Source: Lingula anatina (taxonomy: Eukaryota; Animalia; Brachiopoda). From it: a stretch of DNA of 64,000 nucleotides. Below the pieces are notes generated by a model. The model was given only the letters and a program-made list of their open reading frames with translations. It was not told where the DNA came from and ran no database searches. The stretch's first letter is position 1. Every line of letters begins with the position of its first letter. The position numbers and the translations under genes were made by a program. Below, piece after piece: positions 1 to 11,900 of this stretch. The DNA is taken from assembly GCA_051362555.1 (NCBI GenBank), contig CM120642.1, positions 27,280,001 to 27,344,000 of the forward strand. The letters are read 5' to 3'.

Positions 1-55
1 GAAATAAAAGAAACTAGTGTTGCGACACATTTGATAGGTGAATATTAACTATATA

Positions 56-58
<3 letters not shown>

Positions 59-116
<58 letters not shown>
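59..116. repeat. (GT)n microsatellite
   Basis: Direct reading. Confidence 0.95.
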
Positions 117-119
<3 letters not shown>

Positions 120-2218
120 GGGGGGGGGGGGCAGGACTTGTGCCATTGCATAAAATTTTAGTTGTGATTAAAAATAATTTACTTTGGTTAAAGTGAATGT
201 GGAATGTGTTTTTCTATTTGTATATTTAATAATGACTTGCCCAAACTGTGCATTGAATGATCTCTGTGAAAATTAAAATCACAGAGATTATTTGGTGATA
301 TGAGAGAGAGAGAGAGAGAGAGAGAAAATGTGGTCACATTGATCTCGGTATAAATTAAAATCAGAGCTTATTGGGGATGAGAGAGAGAGAGAGAGAGAAA
401 GAAGAGAAAAATATTATCAACTTCCCAAGTCTTTCATTACTGGTTTTATCACTTTTTGGGGGGAACAGTCATTACTTATTCTTTTTACAAATCATGACTT
501 GCATTGTTGAGCTGCCTATTAATTTTAACACCTCTATCACCTGTCCTCCCACGGCCCACCTGTAGTAATTTTGATGTGGCTTTGGCTCTACTCATAAAAG
601 CAGTGTCATGTTTGTGGGCGATCAAATTTCTCATAAAGGTATTAACAGTTTTTTTTTCTCAATAAGATAAACTTGAGTTTGTTTAGACATTTGTGTGTAG
701 AATAAAAAAAAAAAAAAAAGAAAAAAAATCCATGTGACTGAAAGGGGATAATTGATTAAGTGAAAAATTGGACATTTTGCTGATTTAAAAACAAAAAAAG
801 TACTGTGATTTTACTCTTTTTAAAGGATATGCACATTTCTTGTGAGCACTGTAATAGCTGGAAAGCAGTGAGCACTTCAAACTCTCAGGGATTACTTATT
901 GTTCTGCTGGTCATGTTTGAAACTGGGAATGCCCTGATTATTTTTTTAAATACCTTTTCAATGATTTTGGCTTTGTGGAGTGGACTGTGTATTATCCAAA
1001 TAGTAAATATTATTCATAACAGTTTCATAAGCATACTGTATATTTTTTTGAGAAATTGATAATCTTCATTAAAATACCATATTGTGAAATCAAAAGAAGG
1101 AGTTTAAGTTTTGGTTTTCTTCAGGATTAAAATCATGTGTCACTGACTGAGCAAGATAAAGAATTTGTCTCACTTTGTCATCTGTGATAAAAGTTCATAC
1201 ACACAGGTTAAATGGGTTGTTGACTTCATGATACAACCAGGGTCAAAATTACTGGTGGCAACTGTCCAAGTTCTGTAGAATAAAAGATAAAACCCTGACG
1301 AACATAGCTTGTTTTTACCAAATTCATATGTTTACACAGGTTTGATACAGATTGCAAGCCAGTGCATTTCTCCTTAATTGCAGTGTTTTATCTGAAATGT
1401 GCTTATCAAGCCAACCTATGCTGTTAACCACCTTTTACAGAAAAGTTGATCATTATACCTGGAATCCTGATTTTGGGTTTCCTCTGCAGTTTGAACATAT
1501 AGGGCACTATTTATTCTATTTTTCAAAGTGGGAGGAGTAATTAAAGAAAAAAAAAAACGTTGCCGTATTTTATCAGTGAAGAGGAGTATTTAGTCTCCAC
1601 CCTCTGTTATCAGTTTCAATCCTGATATACGGCAGGTAGATTAATCCAAATCATTTAAAAGATAGCGACAAGGGGGTCATGAAGTCAAAATTGTCCAAAA
1701 ATATAAATCTGTTTAAAAAGTGAGGATTTTATCCAGTGTAGACAAATTGGAAATGTTTTAACTTGTATATAGAAGTTCTAAGAACTGTAAATATTAAGAT
1801 ATTTTAAGAAGGATGAAAAATTCACTTTTCTGAAGGCGTATGTTTCATGTCCGAAGAATTCTCTACCTTGGCCATTCATAAACCTCCACACCATTTTTAA
1901 GGTGGTCAGGTGTCTTGTAAAACTGTCTGGACATTTAAAGGTATTAAACTGCCCAGACAAACTGTACATTTCTGCCAATTATATGGTGATAAGAAGGATA
2001 TAAATACAGGGGCAGTATGGAAGTTCTTTTCTCAAGTGGGTGTCCCTTTGATGATATCGTTAGGAATGAATTCAGTACACAGATGTTATTTAGATATGCC
2101 AAAATTTAATCAATGATTAACATCTTGTGCAGATTTTTGAGTAAAATGTACTTCTATCTGTGATAGGAAATTCATTAATGGTTACTGTAACAAAATCCAT
2201 TGTCTCCCTTCAATCAAA

Positions 2219-2465
2219 GGGACCATTCCCACAGACATTTGGATCCATCTATCTCCCTGGGGAGTTTCACTAAATTGCTGTCAACTTAACTGGCTTAAAT
2301 GTCTGTCATGCCTAGTAAAGCTGTTAGGGGGTAATTATCTCAACCCTCTAGCTGATTCATTAGGCGTGACAGACATTTAAGCCGGTTAGTTGACAGCAAT
2401 TAAGTGAGACTCCCCAGGGAGTTAGATTGATCCAAATGGATCGATCTAAGCATGGGAACCCAGTC
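2219..2465. mobile_element. Palindromic PIF/Harbinger-type MITE, copy A
   Basis: Ends GGGACCATTCCCA...TGGGAACCCAGTC, flanked AAA/AAA. Long inverted arms. One of six homologous copies in the window. Confidence 0.8.
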
Positions 2466-2897
2466 AAAGTTACCAAGAAATGATATTATAACTGGTTCAT
2501 TGATGCTGCTGCTTTGTACAGTTATTCTTAGAATACTTTCTTAAATTTACAGTGTTGGTCTTCTTATAGGCTAAACACTGGAATAACTTTTGACTGTGGC
2601 TTCAAATTAGTTTTGAATGATTATTATAAAGAAATTAAAGAAAAAAAATGGTAGTTTGATGCCAGTTTTTTAAGTTCATAATTTTAACTCTGACATAGCA
2701 TATTCCTGGTGTCTATAGACATCTTTTTAGTTAAAATACTAATTTATCACAGGTCATGATAGCCCTGAATTACTTTTTATGTGCAGACACTACTTAGTAC
2801 ATGTTACCATCAGATGCACCTAACTGGATAGTTGTAGTGAGAGCTGTAGTAAGTGTTGTGCACATTTTCTTACTCAATGATCTGTTTTTGTTTCTAG

Positions 2898-5800
2898 AAA
2901 CCTCCTGACATTGTACAGAAAGATTTCTGGTGGATGTGACCTGCTCAGTTATAAACAACTCCAGGCAGCTCTCTTTGACCTCGGCATTCATTTATTGCCT
3001 TCACAAGGTAAGGGAAAAACGGAAGTTAAAGTAAACAAACAAATAAACAAGTATCAACCAGATGGCAGCTGGCAGTTGAGGACTCATTGCCAAAGAAACT
3101 TTTGTTCTATAGATGTAGATTGATCCAACCCTGCAGGAACTCTTGCTGAACGCAATCAGATTAATTGTTTAACACGCCTCCTTGTGTTGAGTAGATACAG
3201 AGAAGATGGATATTATATAAGCATTATGGAAACGAGGAGGAATGTTAATATGATTGCATTCAGCAAGAGTCCCCATGGTGCTGGATGGATCTTTACAGAA
3301 TTATAGTTTTATTGGGAATTTTTAGCACTAAGGATCTTCACTTTAATCCTTTACATTAATTTTTGTCTGAATTCTCTGAATTAGTTAGATGGAATACATG
3401 CTAACACACAATCAGAAAATGAAACCGTGGTTTGAAACTGGTAAATGACAAATTTCAAATGTTTCATATATTAATTTCAAATAAGTAGAAACAAAAAGTA
3501 CAAGCTAGCACAAAGATTTGGACATGGGTACCGTAATATGCAGTCATTTTCAAGTCTTCAGTTCACTCACTGTAAAGATCAGCTGTGCACCAGTTTCATA
3601 TTTTGGGAGCCCTTTGGCCAGTATGGTATATAACTCCATTTTCAGGCAACATTTTACAGCTTCATGTAATTAGCACATTTCATGAAGAAAATTGAAGGAT
3701 ATGTAACACTGTGTTATATCCCCTGAAGACAGTGAGGCTTATTGGAGAAGAGCTCTGTGGAAAAGAAAAAACCAATAAGTTATCGAAAAAGATTAACTCA
3801 CGAGAAGTTCTCGACTTATCTTGTCAAGCTTCATATTATAATCTTCTACTTGTAATTTGATAAGAAACATGCATTTACAAGAAGTCATTTTTTTCTTGCC
3901 TGTGCCCAGCTCAAGAGAAATTTTGTCTAGGTCTCAAATTGAGTTTTTCCAGGCAGTAAACATATTTGGTCGATGTGGGTGTATAGACGGTGCAATGTAG
4001 GAGTAAGTGTTGGTATAGTATGAAAGTAGGCGTCTAATTGCTTGGTGGGCAACAGATATGGTGGCTGGCCATGGGTGGTGGTGCAACGGGGAGACTTCTT
4101 CTAAACATACTTCTAGATTAAATGCCTGCTTCTTGTTATTTATTACTGTTCAATCTGTTGCTTATTCAACCTCTCTCTTTTTTATACAGACCAAACATGC
4201 TGAAGAACATCTGTTGTTGTTATAGGCATTCTCTTCTAATGATGTAGATCTTTTCATAGATAACCCTGCTCAGGAGCGGGGGCAGAAGTTAAAGAAATTG
4301 GTATCTTGAGTTTTGTGGTAAAAAAGCTTCAGCTGTGAGCCCAGGGTGCTTTAATATTAGGAGTGTCTTAAGTACAGTAGTGGATATCAAAGGGTTACTT
4401 GTGGAAATATGGAGTAAGTCCATTTTTTCCAGACTTCATGATTAATGTAAAACATATATGTATTTAGAGTTACCTTTCAAGAAATTTCAAATTTCTTCTT
4501 CAATCATGCCTTGTTTTTTAACTTAGAAGGACTAACCTAATCTATGTTTTTAGGGGGTGGGAGGGTAGTTGAAAATATCCTTGTTTACCTTCATCTAATG
4601 CAACCTAGTCTTGAAGATTGGATAAACACTTGAAATGTGTACTGTTCATGGAAAACTCTTATCTAAGTAATTGCTAGGTGCCAGCAACTCAGCTGATTAA
4701 AAAGATGTACAACTGCTAGAGTTTCTGAAGCATGTGCGCAGAGACTCCCACCACCCTCATTAAATTGTAATTATAGGTGAAACGCAGATGTCTTCTGGCA
4801 TTTTTACCAAGAGAACTGCCAAGAGTTTAAAGCTTTTGTGATTTTTCTTAGTTACTACATATACGTATTTATCATTCAAGATGTACTGAATGTGTAAAGG
4901 GCATTTTCATATTTTTTAACCCTGAATAATTGGCTTTTTTTCCCACCAAATATTCACATAGTTTTAACTCTCTTAAGGGATCATTCCCAGACCCTATCGT
5001 ACAAACTCTGGATCGATCTATGTCCAAGGGAATTGTGGCTAAATTGCAATCAATGTAAGTGGCTTAGATGTCTGTCATGCCTATTGATGCTACTAGAGGG
5101 TAATTAATTATCGTTAAGCAGCTTCAGTAGGCATGCCAGACATCTAACCCGCTTCAGCTGAAAGCAATTTAATGAAAAACCCCTTGGAGATGGATCAATC
5201 CTGTTAGATCGATCTAGGTATGGGAACACAGTCAAAGAGAAAGCTTAGATTAACATGGTCTGGTAGTCATATGGTGGTTGCAAGGAAGGAGGATTTATCT
5301 TCATTTGGACAGCCACTCTACTGTTCAGTAGAAATTTGTAAGTTATTTATTACCAGAGATTTATGGATTTAAAGAGGGAAGGTTTAAATTTTGCTGTATC
5401 TTACTACTATCTATCTACCTTGAAACTGATGCACCTCTCTATGGCAAGGCTGTGTTACTTTGAAGATGATGTTCAATTAACCTTTGTATCTTTGACATTT
5501 TCAAACTTTGAGAGCAGTGGATGTAGGAGGTGCTAACTGTATATAACTTGAACACTCCAGTTGCGTTTCGCTTGAAAGATTTTGTCAAAGGATTATCAAA
5601 CACCCAAAATATGCTCAGTTTCTTATTTTTGAATTTTTTCTCTGGTTAATAAGGATCTGAAATGAATGAAATTTTTCCAGTTCTATTTTTACTTTTCATG
5701 GGTTTCTGTGAATGCCAGCATGAATTATTCTTAACCTGAAGAATATCTCTTTTGCTTGCTTACCTTAGCAGAAGGTTTAAGGCGCACCCAAGAATGATGG

Positions 5801-5958
5801 TTTTTAAATTAGAAATTTCCTTTTTATTCCAGCATTCCAGCTACTTCATGCCAATAAGTGCCTTAAATCTGAAGGTCATGTGACCTTTGGAGAGTTTTGT
5901 ATTATGGTGGATACCATCCAAGAGCAGCATAAGGGGAGGTGGGTACCTCTGTCTCTCG

Positions 5959-5999
<41 letters not shown>

Positions 6000-8900
6000 G
6001 CACACATAATGCATATATACAATTGAGCACTCCCCCCCCCCCTCATCCCTAACCCCACACACAACCCATCGAAAATAAAAGATAAATTCAACTTGAATAA
6101 TTCTTATTTAGTGAAAATAAAGTGCATGATTTGTCTCAAGATATTTTACCACTAGTTACATGGACTTTGATTTTGGACTGTGATAAAAAAAGTGTTTATT
6201 TTCAGAGATCTCAGGGAATTACAAAGACAGAATTCATCCAAGAGACAAATTCGCAAGAAAACATCAGGTATGTAATCCTTTAATTTGTGGAATGCACATA
6301 TGACATACTTTGAATTGTTGCCTTGAAAAACATACAGTGACTATTTAACAATAGTAAGAAGTCTTTGAATACTACATAATTAGTGACATATCAGTCTGGC
6401 AAGAAAACTTTAAATTGTGTTACATATTTGTGAAAAGAGAATACATGTAAGATATTTGTATCATAAGGATAATTTACATATTAATGTTAATTTTTGTTTC
6501 ATTTTTAAGGTCTAGGACATGAATGTCAAAGTAAGTGTGGTTTGCATGCTTTCTCTTACTCATATTTTTGAAAATCTGCAAAAGACTAATTTTTTTTCCA
6601 AAATATAACCAGAATAGGTCAGAGTTATGATATCTATACAGACGATTTTTAAAATTTTTCATGTATGTATGTCATTAATGGATTCTTAAATACTTTGATT
6701 GTAGTGAAATCTCAGTTAAGGAATGGCAATATCAGATTTCTTCCTTTTAAGTAGAATGGTATTTACAGTCTTTTGTATTTTACATATGATTTTAAAATAT
6801 TTCAGTTTTTCTTGGTGGCTCATGTAACCCAACCACTTGGAGAAAAGATGAAGCCGTCCCTTATCTAGAAGCGAATAAAATTTCATATTTCAATCCAGTG
6901 AGTATCTTGTTAACACCAATTAGCACAAACTTCTTCTTAAGGATGTAGATAACAGGGGTAGCTATCTTCTAAACCGGCCAAGATATACCAACATGTTACA
7001 TATCAATAGAAAGCTTATTTCAACAGCTCTTCATTTCATATCCTTATTTTATTATGTAATCGTTACGTAATGAGATATAATGCTTAATAGGTGTGCTCAA
7101 CATGATCTTTACACCTTAAAAACTAGAAGTCCACTACAAATGGACATGTGTAGACAGCTTGACTCATGAGCCCTCATAGGGATCAACAAGAATGCGCCTC
7201 AAATTAGCGATATGTGTTAAATTAGCAGAGATATCAAAATAAACTTGGTTTCCAGTTCAACGAGACCCCCTAGTCTAACTAAAGCATGCCTAAGTTGAAA
7301 ACGGAGCTGATGTTATGAAATCCCAGACACATACTTTCAGACAAACCTTAGATCTAACGAATGAATACCAGCTTTCATCAGTTGAAAGTTCTAATTAATT
7401 TTGACACTGGTCTATATCGTTCTCTTGAAGCCATAAACTGAAGCAGAGAAATCAGCCTTTTAGTGCTCCCCGGAGATTCCAACGTTATATAATCAGTGAG
7501 CTGCATTGGCAAGCTGTGAAATTTAGTTATTTATACTGGTTCAGCCCTCTACTCACTGCCTATGTAACTGTCACTATGTCTTTCATCCATTTTCAACATT
7601 AATATTGAACATTTTCAACCGGAGGCCCCCTCCATGCATTGACAGCAGCCACCATGTTAGTTGTGACGTCAGCATTCTTCACCACGTGACACCTAGGGGG
7701 AGTGCCTTTGCCCATATACGTCTCATCTATATGTCTGCTTTTTAAAGCTTTAATAGATCGTCAGAATTAAGTTCACTGATAAATTCAAAATGAAAAGTAT
7801 TGTTTGGCAAGTGAAAGCGCGACGTTACTCACAGAATGTGATAGGCTTAGCAGCAATCTAGTATGGGAAATATACAGCTGCACAGTGGAGCTGCCAATCA
7901 AACACATATATGGACAAGTGTGACCTACTTTAAAACTCAGACACGCTACCACAGGGGTAAATCAGCAATTAGGCTAAAATTACGGGTTTATTTGTAAACT
8001 TCCATTATTTTAAGATAGGCTGATATGTAGTTGATATTTCATCTATCTAATACTGACAAATTCAGAAAAACACCCAAATTTTGACAATTTACTGTTATCT
8101 ACATCCTTAATTTGAACTACAGTGATGTTGATAGTTAGCCTTATCAGCAATGTTCATTGCTTGCACGTTTATACTCCATATTATTATTGAGTTAATGTTT
8201 GCTTTGTAAAAGGAAGGTTCAAATGTATAAATGAAAATACCAGCAATTACAATTCCCTCCATGAAAGAAAATTTCTTTTTTTATTGTATCTCAAAAGACA
8301 GAGCCACAAACAAGATGAGTAGCTTATGTAGTCTGATATTTTAAATGTTGTCAGTTACTGTAACAGTAGAGAGTTTATGTCAGCAAGTCATCATGTTGTT
8401 TTTCATACGGTTCAAGATTGAAGTTTCACATGTTTCTATGGCTATTATACCACCCCCTCCCTCACTCCATGTAAAATATGACTGGGTTCCCATGTCTTGA
8501 TCGATCCATTTGGATGTATGAGATGTATGAGTCTCACTAAATTGCTATCAACTTAACTGGCTTAAATGTCTGCCACGCCTCCTGAATCAGCTAGGGTAAA
8601 GATAATTACCCCCTAACAGCTTTACAAAGCGTGACAGACATTTAAGCAGATTAAGTTGAAAGCAATTTACTGAGACTCCCCAGGGAGATAGATCGATCCA
8701 AATATCTGTGGGAATGGTCTCTCTATATGAATGTCTGTCTCATACATCTCATACATCTGGTTTGTGATTTCAGCAAGTCTGTGATTGGACTCCTGATCTG
8801 ATAGAAGCTGAAGACAAAGCCAAGCAGGATGCCATGATCTTGTTCTTTGTTATAGACAGCAAGACACGTTCTATCACCTCAGTTGTAGAAGCTGCCTATC

Positions 8901-11900
8901 TGGCAGGTGGGTCCCATACACCATTTTTATTCACTTTTGCAGTCCGTGAATGGCTGCCTGTATTTGCCCTGAGCTTTTCAGCCCACAGGTCATTTGGACT
9001 AGTAGAGCTTTGAGACTACTAATCCTGGTGAAATTTCCAGAGATGAAAGCTAAATATAATGGAGAAATAATATAAAAAACATAGAATATAATAATATATA
9101 TTATTATATTAATAATAGATAAAATTTAAAAAAAAACAAACAAACTATTTTATGTTTACACCAGACCTTTTGGTCTTGACTAGCAACTTTGAATGATAAT
9201 TTTTTGTGCTAGTCTTAGACCCCATTCCCAGAGATTAGATCGATCTACTTTAGATCAACCTTACTCCCTGGGGGTTCACGCTAAATAGCTGTCAGCCGAG
9301 CGGGCACGAAAGTTAATTACCCCGTTACAGCTTGTAGTAGGCGGGACGGACATTTAAGCCGGATTATTTGACAGTAATCTAGTGAGACTCCCCGTGGGGA
9401 TAGATCGATCTAAAAGCTCTGGGAATACGCCCTTATACCATCTGCTAGTCAGTAGTCCTTGGGTGTTATTGAATGCCACAGAATGAACTCCTGAAATTGA
9501 CTCTTGAGGTGTGTAAGTATATATAGTGTTTTTATATCTTAAAAGTAATGCAGAGCGGGATGCAGTGTGAAGGCATAAGTTTTGATAGCAAAAAAAAAAA
9601 TTAGGAGTAGTAGGAGAACAGGGATGGGAAGGATGTATGCATGACGCTTTATTCATTATATTTAATTTTTAGGTTAAATATAATGAATTATTATAATAAA
9701 TATAATAAAATATTATAAAATATTAAAATACCAGTTCCAATCTAATGACACATCACAAGTTTCTGATTTTAGAAACACTGTATTATTGGGTATTTTTAAT
9801 CCTAGTTATATTTTTCAGGCTCAGGCAGGCAGATGGTTTTGGTCATCACCGGAGAGCCAGAAGAACCAGCATACTCAAAATCAAAGATGGGCAGGTGAAA
9901 ATATGAGATTTTTTTTTGTGTGAAATTCAAAGCTTGTTTTGTTTGTGTTTGGTCTGTGGCACAGCATAAAAATAAAGCGTACAAACTAGATATCGCAAAA
10001 GAAAAATCCATGAATCATAGTTTCTTATATTTCATGACAACTTTTGTTGCACAACAATCAGAGCATAAAATAAAGACATTTATTTTGTTGATTTTGACTA
10101 AATGTATTTTTTTCAGGAATTCTTCTATAAAGGAGTTTGAAGATTTGGACTATAGCCGCTCCATCCTGCAGTACTTGGCAGACAAACAGGGAGTCCCTGT
10201 TTTCAGTGTTGTCAAAGACGCCTTGGACTGTGCTAATATTTTAACCAAATGGGTAAAGCTCAATTCCAAATTTTTTAATAAATAGGTGATGGAATCTTAA
10301 AAATTTTATAAACTTTTAAGCATAAAATTTGGAAATGCTTTCACTACAAAATTGAGATTTTTAAAATGACTTTTTGTAGGTTTTGAACAATTGAAAAATC
10401 ATTGAGTCAGACATGGGTAATGTTTTGTGACATCTGAATATTTTTATGGAACAAAGCACAACACTGCACTAAGTGCATTCAGCGAAGCAAATTACTGTCT
10501 TTGGATTGTCTTTTCTATGTGTAACCCTTGTGGATTTCTTTTGTTGTAGATGCCTTTTGAAGTTGCTGATATATATTGAGAGTATCCCAACTGTAATTTT
10601 TTCAGACTCAAGAACTGGTCGGTCCAGGACGCCGTATGAGACATGGCTGCACCTTCACTGATTTGGGAGCCATTGAGTGCTCGATTAGGTAAAATTGTGT
10701 ATCTGTTTCGTGTCTGTACATGTGCAAGCCTTGCTGTCTACTTATAACTGTGTGATGTCAGATGCCTCTCCTGTGACTTGGTACTATTGATCTTTTTTTT
10801 CCCTGGTATCTTCACTACTTTTGATGGGGGTGTTGAAACATGAGTCAAAGTTTTTATAGAACAGAGAAATAAGGTTAGCTATATGTGTTGAGTAATTTGT
10901 ACATTTGATTGATTTCAGAATGCTGACTCTTCTTCCTACTCTGGTTGAATTGTACAACTCTTGTAAGGCAAATGTTACTTCATGCAGAAAAAATACTTCA
11001 TTGTCTCCATTAAATGCTTTCTATAGATGCTTTACTTGAATAGTCAAACCTTGAAACTTTTAGATGCACAGAAAGCAAGTATTTTTGGTTAAGTTAAAAC
11101 TCTTTATAATTAATATACCATTGAATATTATGTTCTTTTTTTAGAGCAATAAAGCAAGCTTTTGAACTCTGTGATAAACAGAACTCAGGGACTCTAGATT
11201 TTAAGGGTGTAACTCGCGCTTTTAAGCAGGTTACAAAAGAAGTTCTGAGCACAGATCTGGTGTCTGCTATCATTAAGAATGTCAGCAGTAAAAGATTCAC
11301 ATTGGACGAGTTTTGCTGCTTATTTACGGAATTCAAACACTGGGTGAGTTCTTGACAAAAGGGTATAAATATTTTATAAATTTTTTTGTGGAGCAAACAT
11401 TTTGTTAATTGTTTGATTTACACTTTTAGGATATATTTTCAGCAAATGCATTCTCCTTTTTTGAGCCATCCTATGAGTGTCTAAAAGGGAGATTTCACAT
11501 TTAACATATGTAGTCAAATTATGGGTATTTAAACTTCTCATAGACTGTTTTATCCTGTTAGTCCCTTACCTATTGTTTGCACATTTGTTGCAATCAAATA
11601 ACTAACATCTGTCAGTTTTTGACTCTGTATTCTTTTTTTGTAAGATATAAAACTCTTGCTTTAAGATGAAATGTCTGTTTCTTTAAATACATGTAACTTT
11701 TTATTAGAAATTTGGGGAGGTAGGGATTTCTGTAACAATATAGACAAAATATATTGTTTGCAGAAAAGTGAATTAAAATTATTGCCGAATATATGTTAGT
11801 ATGCAAACCTGAACATTTTTCTGTGTTTCTTACTTTTTTAAGAGAAGGAAAGAATCTTTGAATGAACAAAATGGTCTGATGAAGGTCTTCAGTCCATCTA

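Noticed and set aside
1100-5700. Candidate first exon and missing internal exon of raw (acceptor-like sites near 1125, 3137, 3953, 4261, 5561)
   Set aside because: None gave an open frame with the required phases and a convincing donor. Left unresolved.
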